Below are positions 9,826 through 19,778 of a stretch of DNA of 64,000 nucleotides, piece by piece. Numbering within the stretch: position 1 is the first letter of the stretch; each line of letters starts with the position of its first letter. The notes below the pieces were generated by a model. That model had not been told where the DNA came from. It worked only from the letters and a program-made list of their open reading frames with translations, and searched no databases. Position numbers and translations under genes: made by a program. Origin of the DNA: Thermoplasmatota archaeon (GTDB lineage Archaea > Thermoplasmatota > Penumbrarchaeia > Penumbrarchaeales > Penumbrarchaeaceae); NCBI GenBank assembly GCA_965234725.1, contig CBDDUX010000038.1:8257-72256 (forward strand). Direction: 5' to 3'.

Positions 9826-11049
9826 TCATTCATTTTCGCAAGACATTTCCTTCACTGCTGATGCGACGTTCTTTGCAAGCTCGACGAGTCTGTCCAGGTC
9901 CTCCGAGGTTGGCGCCCCCATTGCTTCAACAACGGGTGTGACGAATTTACAGGTCGATGCCTTTCCGAATTCCTCCAACGCTTTCACTCCGCCTCCACCC
10001 CATCCGCAGGAACCGAATACACCCAGAACGTGATTCTTTATCCTGGATTTCTCAAGAAAATGGACCAATTCATCTATGGGTGGAAACATACCTGTGTTGT
10101 AAGTGGGTGTCCCGATGATTATTCCGGCGTTTGTCCATGCATCGTTCACAAGATAGGAAAGATGTGATTTGGATGCATCATGGACCCTTATCTTCTCTAT
10201 GCCTTCTTCCGCAAGGGTCCTTGCAACGACCTCTGCCATCTTTTTGGTATTCCCATACATTGAGCCGTAGATCACCACGACCCCCGTTTCGGTCTCCATT
10301 GAAGAGAGCCTGTCATAGTAATCAATGATATATTTCGGATCTTCTCTCCATATCGGCCCATGTGTGGAGCATATGGCCTTCACCTCCAGACCGGATAGCT
10401 TCTTCAATGCTGCCTGGACCATCTGACTGTATTTTGCAACGATATTGGTATAATACCTGGAGATCTCGGCCTCGTAATATCTCTTGATATCGATCTCATC
10501 ATCAAATATCCCGCCATCCAAGGCCCCGAATCCTCCAAAAGCGTCTCCGGAGAAGAGAATATGGTCCTTCTCATCATAGGTCATCATGGTCTCTGGCCAA
10601 TGCACCATCGGGGTCATGTAGAATTTGAGCTTCCTCCCCCCGAGATCGATCCCATCCCCTTCGCCAACAAGGTGAATATTCTCGGTGATACCGTAGAAGT
10701 TCTCCAGGAACTTGGCTGTTTTCTTGTTCCCTACAAGCTTAATATCCGGATACTTGGAGATAATAGCCTTGATGGAACCGGAATGGTCGGGTTCCATGTG
10801 GTTTATAACGAGATAATCTATCTTCTTTCCATTACCCATCAATTCCTGGATCTTGTCCAGATATGGGGATGTAACTGTGAATTTTACGGTGTCTATCAAG
10901 GCGACCTTCTCATCCATGATGAGGTAAGAATTATAGGAAACACCCTTGGGCAGAGGCCATAGGGATTCGAATAGGTGTGTTTCCCTGTCGTTGACTCCGA
11001 TCCAGTATACTCCATCTACGATTCGTACAGGGTCTTCCATTAAGTCCAT
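9826..11049 (-). CDS. fprA: Flavodiiron protein (FprA; O2/NO reductase, metallo-beta-lactamase + flavodoxin domains)
   Basis: Di-iron motif HMEPDHSG, C-terminal flavodoxin-like VVIYGSMYGNTKKMAEVVA, 407 aa. Confidence 0.85.
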   Translation of the reverse strand: MDLMEDPVRIVDGVYWIGVNDRETHLFESLWPLPKGVSYNSYLIMDEKVALIDTVKFTVTSPYLDKIQELMGNGKKIDYLVINHMEPDHSGSIKAIISKYPDIKLVGNKKTAKFLENFYGITENIHLVGEGDGIDLGGRKLKFYMTPMVHWPETMMTYDEKDHILFSGDAFGGFGALDGGIFDDEIDIKRYYEAEISRYYTNIVAKYSQMVQAALKKLSGLEVKAICSTHGPIWREDPKYIIDYYDRLSSMETETGVVVIYGSMYGNTKKMAEVVARTLAEEGIEKIRVHDASKSHLSYLVNDAWTNAGIIIGTPTYNTGMFPPIDELVHFLEKSRIKNHVLGVFGSCGWGGGGVKALEEFGKASTCKFVTPVVEAMGAPTSEDLDRLVELAKNVASAVKEMSCENE

Positions 11050-11174
11050 CTCCTGGATGAATTTTGGAACGACGTTTGATACTTAAACATTTCACATTGA
11101 TTGTACTGATAATGTCTTTTCACAACTTTTAAGAACAAGAACTCTATTGGCCGCTGAACAGGAGGACCTTTTAA

Positions 11175-11342
11175 ATGTCTGTTGAAGAAAAATGCTCATC
11201 CTGCGGCATTCCGTTGAAGAGAGAAAAGTCGGTTGGCTTCAAATGCCCGTCATGCGGTGTAGGATTCATCGGTCGATGCTCTAACTGTAGAGACCAGTCA
11301 GCCATATATGTGTGCAAGAACTGTGGTTTCGAGGGTCCTTGA
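11175..11342 (+). CDS. Zn-ribbon protein (4x CxxC; COG2888-like, translation-associated)
   Basis: 55 aa with CSSC, CPSC, CSNC, CKNC. GGAGG RBS 9 nt upstream. Not in ORF track (<60 aa). Conserved position upstream of aEF-1beta in archaea. Confidence 0.75.
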   Translation: MSVEEKCSSCGIPLKREKSVGFKCPSCGVGFIGRCSNCRDQSAIYVCKNCGFEGP

Positions 11343-11354
11343 GGAGTGATTTCC

Positions 11355-11621
11355 ATGGGAGACGTTCTTATCAGGTACAAGGTCATGCCCGAGGGACCGG
11401 AAGTTGACCTTGAGGAGATAGCCAGGAAATTCAAGGAATATGTTCCGGACCATGGCAGGATATCCTCTTCTGAAGTGAAACCCGCTTTTTTCGGTATGAA
11501 TATGTTGGAATGGGCAGTGGTCCTCGATGACAAGATCGGCGGGGGAGAAGAACTCGAAGAGAAGATGAGGGGTACAGAGGGAGTCAGTTCCCTTGAGATC
11601 CTGGAAATGGGGCTCCTTTGA
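11355..11621 (+). CDS. ef1b: Translation elongation factor aEF-1beta
   Basis: MGDVLIRYKVMPEGPEVDLEEI... classic aEF-1beta. RBS gaggagtga upstream. Track start 11346 (GTG) is likely an N-terminal overextension. Confidence 0.85.
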   Translation: MGDVLIRYKVMPEGPEVDLEEIARKFKEYVPDHGRISSSEVKPAFFGMNMLEWAVVLDDKIGGGEELEEKMRGTEGVSSLEILEMGLL

Positions 11622-11989
11622 TCATGATCCTTATCGAGGGAAGGGTTGCGATCCATCCAACTGAGGATCCGGATAGGGTCAGATCCTCCGTTTTGAATAT
11701 CTTTCCTGATTCAAGCATTCGGGAGATCGATGATCATCTACTGTTCACATCAAAAGAAATCGATACTTTCGCTGAGATAATCAGGGACCATTCCATCAGG
11801 GATACTGCATCGATGGTCTTGGAGAGAGCCAGGATCGAGGATGCCACATCTTTTTACCTCAACAAGCAGGCCGCATTCATGGGTGTTGTTAATTTCACTG
11901 AAGGTGAATCCACTTTGGGTGATATTGAGGTTCAGGTGAAGGAAGGGGCCAGAGAGTTCATAGAGTCAATAAGACCCGGTCTAATTTAG
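11618..11989 (+). CDS. UPF0201-like small protein (putative RNA-binding), translationally coupled to ef1b
   Basis: ATGA overlap with ef1b. 123 aa. Family assignment by recall only. Confidence 0.4.
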   Translation: MIMILIEGRVAIHPTEDPDRVRSSVLNIFPDSSIREIDDHLLFTSKEIDTFAEIIRDHSIRDTASMVLERARIEDATSFYLNKQAAFMGVVNFTEGESTLGDIEVQVKEGAREFIESIRPGLI

Positions 11990-12039
11990 GACATGTCAGT
12001 TCAACACCACTTATATACTCTCCAGGACAATCGACCATT

Positions 12040-13740
12040 ATGGCAGCCAAGATTACGATCATTACTGCTGCAGTTCTTATCTTGTCTTTATCATTGCTAC
12101 TATTCTCACAAAAGGAATCCTTTACAGCCTCTGCCATACCACAGATAGTGGATATTGAACAGGAACTCGCATTCATTTCGGTTTCGGAAGATGAGACCGG
12201 GTCGCTGGAATTGAACGTAACCATACGATCCCCATCCAACCAGAATATCATACTAAACATCGCATCGGAATTGAAGGGGGCTCCTTTCTGGACCGTCGAG
12301 CATATAAAAAGCATCTATCTTGAACCATTCGAGGAATGGAAATTCAAGGTCACTGTCACTGCTCCTGCCGGTGAAAGGGCAGACAAAGAGGTTGACCTAA
12401 TGATGTCAGTTTCCTCAGACAGCGGTCTTGTAACTGGTGAGGATTCCTGCAGATTGAAAGTGCTTCCGTTCCTTTCTACAGAGGTCTCCTCCCAGGTCGA
12501 CTATCTCCTGGAAAGACCACTCAGCGGTTCATTCCCACTCATCATCAAGAACAATGGAAATACAGTATCTCCTGTGGGACTGACCTGGGATGGTGAGATC
12601 GAACTGACCTCCGGTGGAAGCATCATGCTCGACCCGGGTGAAAAGACCACCCTGAACATCGATTACGACATACCAGACGATCTATCGGATACAACGATCT
12701 CCATCACTTCGTTTTCGGGAACGACATCGGGAAACGGAATGGATGTAAGTTTCATTTTGGAAAGGCCATTTGTCCATATCCTATTCAAAAAAGGACCTTT
12801 CCTTGTCCTCCTTCCTGGTATCCTGGAAAAGGATTCCGTCAAGGTACTCTGCATCGGGGGAGAACTGACCAATGTCGGGATAGAAGTGGTGGATCCTGAT
12901 CCGGACCATAGTGTGGTAACCGAGAAGGGAGTGAACCTCGATCATCTCGAAAGAGAGGACCTCACACTCTCTGGGAAAGACTATTCCGGGACCAAACTCT
13001 TAACGGTAGAAGCTTACGGGTTCTGGGGGGAACAGAGGATAACCTCCAATATCCTCAAGGTACCTGTCACGGGTGAGGATGATAGAAGGGATGGCATTCC
13101 TACAGCGATGATATTGTATGCCGGCGGAGGAACCGCGGCGATCGGTGCCACACTTGCCGGGACCATTGCCTATCTGTATACGGCTTCCGAGATCTTCAGG
13201 TACAGATGGCTCCTGATAGCTTTCATACCCCTTTATTCAACGATTCATGGGGAGAAGGTCCTTGACCATTTCTTCCGCGGCAGGTTGTTCGAGTTCATCA
13301 AAGAGCATCCTGGTGTAACCTTCACTGCTCTGAAGGACCATTTCGAGGTGAACAATGGAACCCTGACCTATCACCTCCACAAGCTGGAAAGGGAAGAGCT
13401 TATTGTCTACAGGAACTATGGAAAATACAAGCTCTTCTATGCTGACGGGGTGAGGATCAAAGGGGTGGAAGCCGTGATCTCCCCTATTGACAAGGAGATA
13501 TTCGACCTTGTTACTGACAACCCGGGGATCTCATCCGGAGCGATCATCAGCAATCTAACATCCGAGAGATCTGCAAGAACGATCTCCAGGCATCTCAAAC
13601 AGCTGGAAAGAAAAGGATTCGTCACATCGGAGAGAAGGGATGGGAGGAGGGTTTTCTTCATTTCTTCTGACCTTGAACGGGTCCTGATGCCCGGAAGAGG
13701 AGTCATCGAGGTGTCAGAAATAGCAGGTCTGGACATATGA
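12040..13740 (+). CDS. Membrane-anchored transcription regulator: signal peptide + extracellular Ig/CARDB-like domain + TM + two cytoplasmic wHTH domains
   Basis: N-terminal hydrophobic leader, internal TM (AMILYAGGGTAAIGATLAGTIAYLY), then ArsR-like HTH (TFTALKDHFEVNNGTLTYHLHKLEREELI) and second wHTH (ISSGAIISNLTSERSARTISRHLKQLERKGFV). Confidence 0.6.
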   Translation: MAAKITIITAAVLILSLSLLLFSQKESFTASAIPQIVDIEQELAFISVSEDETGSLELNVTIRSPSNQNIILNIASELKGAPFWTVEHIKSIYLEPFEEWKFKVTVTAPAGERADKEVDLMMSVSSDSGLVTGEDSCRLKVLPFLSTEVSSQVDYLLERPLSGSFPLIIKNNGNTVSPVGLTWDGEIELTSGGSIMLDPGEKTTLNIDYDIPDDLSDTTISITSFSGTTSGNGMDVSFILERPFVHILFKKGPFLVLLPGILEKDSVKVLCIGGELTNVGIEVVDPDPDHSVVTEKGVNLDHLEREDLTLSGKDYSGTKLLTVEAYGFWGEQRITSNILKVPVTGEDDRRDGIPTAMILYAGGGTAAIGATLAGTIAYLYTASEIFRYRWLLIAFIPLYSTIHGEKVLDHFFRGRLFEFIKEHPGVTFTALKDHFEVNNGTLTYHLHKLEREELIVYRNYGKYKLFYADGVRIKGVEAVISPIDKEIFDLVTDNPGISSGAIISNLTSERSARTISRHLKQLERKGFVTSERRDGRRVFFISSDLERVLMPGRGVIEVSEIAGLDI

Positions 13741-13762
13741 AACTTTACGGTCTTTGACCATA

Positions 13763-13776
13763 GACAATTTAAAATA
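13763..13776 (+). promoter_or_regulatory. BRE/TATA (gacaaTTTAAAATA) upstream of tRNA-Asn
   Basis: Archaeal TATA consensus about 32-36 nt upstream of tRNA 5' end. Confidence 0.4.
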
Positions 13777-13807
13777 AGAAGTCATTATTCATCGCAACCT
13801 ACCCTGT

Positions 13808-13881
13808 GCCGCAGTAGCTTAGCAGGTTAGAGCGTACGGCTGTTAACCGTAAGGTCGTCGGTTCGAATCCGCCCTGCGGCG
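13808..13881 (+). tRNA. tRNA-Asn (anticodon GTT)
   Basis: Manually folded cloverleaf: acceptor GCCGCAG/CTGCGGC, D-stem GCTT/GAGC, anticodon stem TACGG/CCGTA with loop cTGTTaa, T-loop TTCGAAT, discriminator G, no encoded CCA. One T-stem mismatch in my fold. Confidence 0.85.
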
Positions 13882-13928
13882 CTTTTTACATCAACATATT
13901 ATTTGAACAATGAAGTTGGGACAATAAT

Positions 13929-15758
13929 TCATCTATTCCAATTGACGGGTTTTTTGGGGATCCTCATCAGGAATATTGTTCCATGTGATACATCATCCTT
14001 GATCCACACATCCCCGCCATATCTCTCAACTACCTTTTTCACGATATACAATCCTAATCCGGTTCCCCTGTTCTCACCGAAAGAGAAGCTCTCTTCGAAA
14101 ACCATATCCCTGATGTCCTCTGGAATCCCTTTCCCATTATCTGCGAAGGATATCAGGACATTCCCATCCTCCTCGACTATCTCCACATTCATTCTGTCCG
14201 CACCACCATGGAACATTGCATTTCCGATGATATTTTCCACAACAGAATCGAAGGCTGAATCAACCAGGACCGATGAATCTCCCTCGATACTGTACTTCAA
14301 AGGAAAATCAGCGAGGATCTCTTCGATGGTATCCCTGAGGGAGATCTCTTTCTTTTCTTGACCCGAAACCATCAGGTTCTCCAGCTGGTTCATACGCTTT
14401 GTGATATCGATCGATTTCCTCACGGATTTGAAGGCCTCCTCGATAAGGATAGGATCCAATGTCGATCCCTGCCTCAACATATCAAGGATCCCGAATGCTA
14501 TTGTCAAACGATTCCTGATATCGTGACGGGTTATCCTTGCTATCAATCTTAAAATCTCATTCAGATCGATGAGTTCTTCTTGTGCTCTCTTCAAAGTAGA
14601 AACATCCCACGATACAACACTGATAACATTCCTTTCATTGTATTCGATGAGACTTGCGGAAACCTCCACATCAATTGTCTTTCCTTCCTTTGTTCTGTAT
14701 ATTCTTGGTCCTACAAATCCATACTGCCTGGATGGAAGTTCTTCTATCTTGATATTGACATCATCCTTCGAATGGTCAATGAAATCATAGGGTGTCATCC
14801 CCTTCAGTTCCTCACCGGAATATCCCAGGAGGTCCTGCAATGTGGTATTGCTCTCTATTATCCTCATGGTCTCCTGATCCACAAGGTAGATATTATTGGG
14901 ACTGTGCTCCAAGACCGCCATATATTTCTGTTCACTACCCTTTAAGTTCAAAAGTGCCCGATTTTTCTCCGTAACATCCATATGGATCCCGGAGATGTAA
15001 AGGGGCTTTCCATTCTCATCCCATTCCTGTATCTGTCCCAGATCCAGAAACCATTTCCATGAACCATCCTTACATCTCAACCTGTATTCAACTGTGAAAT
15101 TCTCCGACCTCCCCTCAAGATGATCGGATTTCCTCCTGTTGAATTCCTCGACATCATCGGGGTGAATGCTATCTTTCCAGGTTTCAGAGGTAAATTCTCT
15201 CTCACCTGGTTCGTAACCAAGAAGTGTTGACCATTTCTCATCGAATTCTATTCTCATATTCACGAGGTCCCATTCCCAGATCGCAATGTTCGCACCTCTG
15301 TAGGCCAGGTCCAGTTTCTTTTCGCTCAGGGATAGGTTTTCCTGGATTCTTTTCATCTCGGATATATCAAGTGCGGTGATCAGCAGATATTGAATCCCTT
15401 CCAAGTTTACAAGGTCGGCATCGATCCTTAGTATCCTTGTTTCTCCATCCTTTCTGAATACCGGGATCTCTATCGGTTGTTCGGTATCGGGATCCTTCAA
15501 TAATCTTGCTGCAGCCTCCAGGACCTCTTCCATATGCTCTTCATCGGTGAGTTCCCAGAAATCCATACCTCTGAGTTCTTCAAGAGAAAAACCGGTATAT
15601 TCAAGGACTTTGGGATTGGCATAGATGATCTTTGTATCCTTGACAATTGCCATCCCGTGTCTGGTCTTGTCAAGAAATAACCTGATCACTTCCGAAATTT
15701 CGGCCTCGGTATCAGACATCCCATCAAGAGAATTATCATTCTCTAACCTTGAAGGCAT
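13929..15758 (-). CDS. Multi-PAS sensor histidine kinase
   Basis: Several PAS/PAC-like repeats. H-box ITRHDIRNRLT. C-terminal HATPase_c motifs (NAMFHGG, DNGKGIPE, GTGLGLYIVKK). Confidence 0.8.
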   Translation of the reverse strand: MPSRLENDNSLDGMSDTEAEISEVIRLFLDKTRHGMAIVKDTKIIYANPKVLEYTGFSLEELRGMDFWELTDEEHMEEVLEAAARLLKDPDTEQPIEIPVFRKDGETRILRIDADLVNLEGIQYLLITALDISEMKRIQENLSLSEKKLDLAYRGANIAIWEWDLVNMRIEFDEKWSTLLGYEPGEREFTSETWKDSIHPDDVEEFNRRKSDHLEGRSENFTVEYRLRCKDGSWKWFLDLGQIQEWDENGKPLYISGIHMDVTEKNRALLNLKGSEQKYMAVLEHSPNNIYLVDQETMRIIESNTTLQDLLGYSGEELKGMTPYDFIDHSKDDVNIKIEELPSRQYGFVGPRIYRTKEGKTIDVEVSASLIEYNERNVISVVSWDVSTLKRAQEELIDLNEILRLIARITRHDIRNRLTIAFGILDMLRQGSTLDPILIEEAFKSVRKSIDITKRMNQLENLMVSGQEKKEISLRDTIEEILADFPLKYSIEGDSSVLVDSAFDSVVENIIGNAMFHGGADRMNVEIVEEDGNVLISFADNGKGIPEDIRDMVFEESFSFGENRGTGLGLYIVKKVVERYGGDVWIKDDVSHGTIFLMRIPKKPVNWNR

Positions 15759-15877
15759 CGAAGGTGACCCCTATTCGTATCATGAAAAACCATTGGATCT
15801 CCTTAATATGTTTTCCACCATGGTATCAAATCAGGTTACCCAGTCTCCGGGTTTCCTTCTGAAGGATATCGAAATAC

Positions 15878-16528
15878 TCATACCTTCTTGATAAGGTCAA
15901 GGATCATCTTCTCGGGGGCGGCCCCTTCCTGATGATGAGCCTCATTTATTACCGTTCGAGGAACGCCCATTACCTTGTATTTTTGTGAAAGGTCCGGGAA
16001 TTCCTGTGCTTCCACCATATCAGCTGTGATCCTGTCATTTAAAATTGCCATGTGATGAGCAAGAACAACTGCCCGAGGACAGTATGGACATGTCGGTGTT
16101 ACGAAAACCTGTAAATGAATATCCTTTTCCAGATTCTTGAGGTATTCCTGTCCTTCCTCGGAGATACCAACGATACCTCTTGAGATTGTCAAGATCGAAT
16201 CCAGTAGAGATGTGAACTCGTATCCAGCCGGAATTCCAAAGAACCTGATACCAAGATATTTTCCATTCCTATCCGATCCTTTAAGAGGAACGATCGCCGG
16301 GACCTTGTCAACTCCATAGGTTTCCGATGTCACAGGATCCTCATCAGTATCTATCTCCTCGAAGGTTATCCCATCGCTCAGACCTGATAACTCCTCCACT
16401 ATCATCCTTGTATCATTGCACATGGAACAGTCTGTCTTTTTAGTGAATACCAAAATGTGGACTGGTTCATCCATCTCCAACAAAGATTCTCTCACCTTCT
16501 CAGCTGTCTCTTCGTCCATTAACGACAT
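15878..16528 (-). CDS. Protein-disulfide oxidoreductase (glutaredoxin-like, two thioredoxin-fold units)
   Basis: Two CxxC sites (CSMC and CPYC) in a about 216-aa protein, as in Pyrococcus-type PDO. Confidence 0.7.
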   Translation of the reverse strand: MSLMDEETAEKVRESLLEMDEPVHILVFTKKTDCSMCNDTRMIVEELSGLSDGITFEEIDTDEDPVTSETYGVDKVPAIVPLKGSDRNGKYLGIRFFGIPAGYEFTSLLDSILTISRGIVGISEEGQEYLKNLEKDIHLQVFVTPTCPYCPRAVVLAHHMAILNDRITADMVEAQEFPDLSQKYKVMGVPRTVINEAHHQEGAAPEKMILDLIKKV

Positions 16529-16613
16529 ATATAGATCTCCTTGTTTCGACTAGGACTATTAAAAGGTGTTTAATAACGTTTGTGCATAAAATTCACATAA
16601 CCGATCGGTACGA

Positions 16614-17069
16614 TCAAGACCGTGACCACATATCGTCCGGGAGGTCCTCATATATCTCCTCCCCTCCGAGTCCCATATCCCCTTCCTGGCAGGTAAGATC
16701 TCCCGAGGTCAGGTCAGCGATATACTTCTTCTTCAGGGTCCAGTAATTTATCCTCCACTCCCTGCCATCATAAAGGGTCGTCTCTTCCCTCTCCGTCTTG
16801 AGGATCCCAAGGTCCTCAAGCATGTAGAATATATCCCTGTCATCGGTCTTTAGCATGTTGTCTATGATCCTTTCCCCGAATCCAAAAAAGTTGAGTACAT
16901 GCTCGGCCATTTCCTCAGCCACATCGCATTCTATCTTCTCTTCCTCGTTCTTCCTGCTGAATGAGGACTGAATAGCCCTTGACAGGACCAACCTTGAAAT
17001 TACATCATCCCTTCCACCTGGAAAGTAAGGTTTGCTTCCCTGGAGGGGTACATCATATATTATAGGCAT
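16614..17069 (-). CDS. Hypothetical acidic protein (151 aa)
   Basis: ORF with coding-like composition. No recognisable motif. Confidence 0.35.
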   Translation of the reverse strand: MPIIYDVPLQGSKPYFPGGRDDVISRLVLSRAIQSSFSRKNEEEKIECDVAEEMAEHVLNFFGFGERIIDNMLKTDDRDIFYMLEDLGILKTEREETTLYDGREWRINYWTLKKKYIADLTSGDLTCQEGDMGLGGEEIYEDLPDDMWSRS

Positions 17070-17202
17070 TTAAGATCAGACCTGTAGAAACACAACTCCT
17101 ACCTTAAGTGTATTGTTTTGTTCCATATTTAATGTTCTCCTAATTCCATGTTGAAATTGTCTTTTTGTTACAATGTAACGGAAAAAGCTTTTACCATCAT
17201 CC

Positions 17203-18423
17203 ATGGATGGTTTCCCGAGGATGAGTGCAATGTCTGGTATTTCTGTATCAGAGCGTACTGTAAAGATAATTGTGATAACACTATCCATTGCGGGAGTGCT
17301 CGGTCTGGTAGTGCTTGCTCAATGGTCTGAAACTCCGCAGGTGAATATTTCTGAACTCCAGGACCATGAAGGAGAAACCGTCAGGTCATATGGATTGGTT
17401 ATAGGACAGGATCTTCTTTCTTCCGGAGCTTCCAGACTTCTGTTGGTGGATGGGAATGAGACAGCAGAAATATACATTGAAAGATCCTCCAATGAATATC
17501 CTTCGGGAACAAACATAAAGGTAAAAGGTGAGGTCTTCAGTTCTGATGGGAGCTTCTCGATAACAGTACAATCCGACAGTGGGATCCAGAAAATAGGTGA
17601 AATGGAGGAAATCGCATTTGGGAGGGATTCCATCACGGGCTCGATAGTCACTTTCCAGGGAAACCTTGTCAGCAAGGATTCAGGAGGGTGGAATGATGAG
17701 GAATGTATCATTATGGTGGAGGGAGATGATGGCCCGCTCTTTGTTGATGTTACCATATCCAGAGTAGATGAGGAATTCCACAACGGAGACCTCATTTCAT
17801 TTTCTGGATATCTTTGGGAGGGGGGAGATGTACTTTGTTACGGCGACTCATCCGCTGAGCTCATATACAGACCTGAATCGGCTACCAGTTCTCTGGTCGC
17901 TTTGATAGATAGACTGAAAGATGATCAAAATGACATACCCGCAGGAAAGATGAATATCCTCTCATATGTGAAGTATGAGCCTGTTTCAAAGAGTCTTTAT
18001 GTAAGTGACGAGGTGGAAGGATCCGCGATCTCCGTGAAGGTCATTCTTCCGGATCCGGATCCTCTGATCCATAAGGGAGATCTTATCGAGCTCATCAATA
18101 CTACAATACTTTGGGATCCTCAATCACTGAGATACGAATTCCATGCCGAGTGGGCTTCGGTAATAATGCCGTACGGTCCCTGGAGACTCGGACTGGATAA
18201 TCTGGACTTCGGGGTCTCATCCTATGAAAACACCGAAGTGATCCTGACAGGGGAGCCGGTATTGACAGGTGATGAACAATTTCTCTATAACGGTAATTCC
18301 AGGATCGAACTGAGATCCATTGATACCATCCCAATGGGAAGGGACATTGAACTGAGAGGATACATACGTTTTGACCCTCTGACCAATTCATTTTACCTGG
18401 AGGTTATGGAGGTCAATGGATGA
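17203..18423 (+). CDS. Membrane-anchored extracellular protein with OB-fold-like N-terminal domain
   Basis: N-terminal TM (IIVITLSIAGVLGLVVLAQW). 406 aa. ATGA overlap with downstream TctA-like gene. Confidence 0.45.
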   Translation: MDGFPRMSAMSGISVSERTVKIIVITLSIAGVLGLVVLAQWSETPQVNISELQDHEGETVRSYGLVIGQDLLSSGASRLLLVDGNETAEIYIERSSNEYPSGTNIKVKGEVFSSDGSFSITVQSDSGIQKIGEMEEIAFGRDSITGSIVTFQGNLVSKDSGGWNDEECIIMVEGDDGPLFVDVTISRVDEEFHNGDLISFSGYLWEGGDVLCYGDSSAELIYRPESATSSLVALIDRLKDDQNDIPAGKMNILSYVKYEPVSKSLYVSDEVEGSAISVKVILPDPDPLIHKGDLIELINTTILWDPQSLRYEFHAEWASVIMPYGPWRLGLDNLDFGVSSYENTEVILTGEPVLTGDEQFLYNGNSRIELRSIDTIPMGRDIELRGYIRFDPLTNSFYLEVMEVNG

Positions 18424-19778
18424 TAGAGACCATTCTATTGATCTCGATAACTGCTCTCCTTGGTACTTGCTTAGGTGTCCTGACCGGACTTATACCCGGT
18501 CTGCATGTGAACAATGTGGCGATCATTCTGCTTTCCATATCACCTCTGGCTGCTGAAGGATTGATGGACCTTCTCGGACTCGATCAGTATACGGTCCTTC
18601 TCATGGTATCTGCAGCGATCGTAGCAACCTCCATGGCCCATACATTCCTTGATTTCATACCTTCGACCTTCCTGGGCGCACCGGAACCGGAAACCGCTCT
18701 TTCGGTACTACCGGCACATGGAATGCTGATGGAGGGAAATGGGTTCAGGGCCGTATTCCTTTCAGCAGTTGGTAGTTTCGGAGCTGTTGTAGTCGGATGC
18801 CTTCTTCTGATACCTTACAGGCTCATGGTCAATGAACCGGTGAACGGTTATGCTGCCCTGAAGGAATACATGGTATGGGTCCTGATAGGTGTTGTTATCC
18901 TGATGCTTGTCACCGAAACATCGAAGATTCCCTATATTAGAAAAAAGGAGGAAGGAGGAGAGGTCAAATGGTCAGAAGGGAGATTCTCAAGGACTTTGGG
19001 CGTAGTACTTGCAATGTTCCTATTTCTGCTTTCAGGGATCCTTGGACTTGCTGCACTGGACCTGAAGGTCACATCTCCTTTCGGCCTTCCGGCAACAGTC
19101 CTGTTTCCACTATTATCCGGTCTTTTTGGAACTTCCACACTTATAGAGAGTCTCAGAGGAGGAGCGGAGGTGCCTGACCAGATCACAGAACAAGGGGAGG
19201 TCGATCTGACCGAGGCCGCTGGTTCTGTAACTTCCGGAGGGATAGCGGGTTCCGTAGTTGGATTCCTTCCGGGAATGAGCGGGGGAGTTGCCACGATAAT
19301 TGCAATGTTGTTCAGGAAGGACCCGTCACCTTCTTCGGTCATTTTGACGCTTTCAGCCATCAATACGGCCAATTCTTTCTTTGTTCTGTCCGCATTATTT
19401 CTCATTCTCAGACCGAGGTCCGGAGCTGCGATAGTGGTGAATGAACTGATCGATGCTACGGAATGGACCTCTCTTTCACCACCTATAGACCTGACACTCC
19501 TCATGATCTCGGCATTGATAGCTTCCACGCTTGGGTTCTTCCTAACCATCTTCCTCGGACGCAAACTGGCCAATCTTCTACCCAAGGTGCCTTATCATTT
19601 ACTTGTGAAGAGTATAATCGGTTTCATAATTACCATGGTCTTTGTCTTCACAGGACCTATCGGTTTATTTGCCCTTCTTGTGGCAACCGCGGTAGGAATG
19701 ATAGCCCCTTTGATCGGAATAAGGAGGTCGCATGCCATGGGAGTCCTTCTGCTGCCAGTTATCGTGATGCTCTGGTGA
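18420..19778 (+). CDS. TctA-family (DUF112) membrane transporter
   Basis: Duplicated G-x3-G-x2-PG motifs (LGVLTGLIPGL and AGSVVGFLPGMSGG), about 12 TM, 452 aa. Confidence 0.65.
   Translation: MIETILLISITALLGTCLGVLTGLIPGLHVNNVAIILLSISPLAAEGLMDLLGLDQYTVLLMVSAAIVATSMAHTFLDFIPSTFLGAPEPETALSVLPAHGMLMEGNGFRAVFLSAVGSFGAVVVGCLLLIPYRLMVNEPVNGYAALKEYMVWVLIGVVILMLVTETSKIPYIRKKEEGGEVKWSEGRFSRTLGVVLAMFLFLLSGILGLAALDLKVTSPFGLPATVLFPLLSGLFGTSTLIESLRGGAEVPDQITEQGEVDLTEAAGSVTSGGIAGSVVGFLPGMSGGVATIIAMLFRKDPSPSSVILTLSAINTANSFFVLSALFLILRPRSGAAIVVNELIDATEWTSLSPPIDLTLLMISALIASTLGFFLTIFLGRKLANLLPKVPYHLLVKSIIGFIITMVFVFTGPIGLFALLVATAVGMIAPLIGIRRSHAMGVLLLPVIVMLW

Noticed and set aside
11171-11656. 161-aa minus-strand ORF
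   Set aside because: Antisense to the well-supported Zn-ribbon and aEF-1beta genes. Ser/Pro-rich shadow ORF.
13808-13881. tRNA-Asn as an integration site for a mobile element
   Set aside because: No integrase, no recognisable direct repeat of the tRNA 3' end, and flanking genes (membrane regulator, histidine kinase) look chromosomal.
14358-14974. Small plus-strand ORFs inside the histidine kinase gene
   Set aside because: Antisense to a gene with clear PAS/H-box/HATPase motifs.
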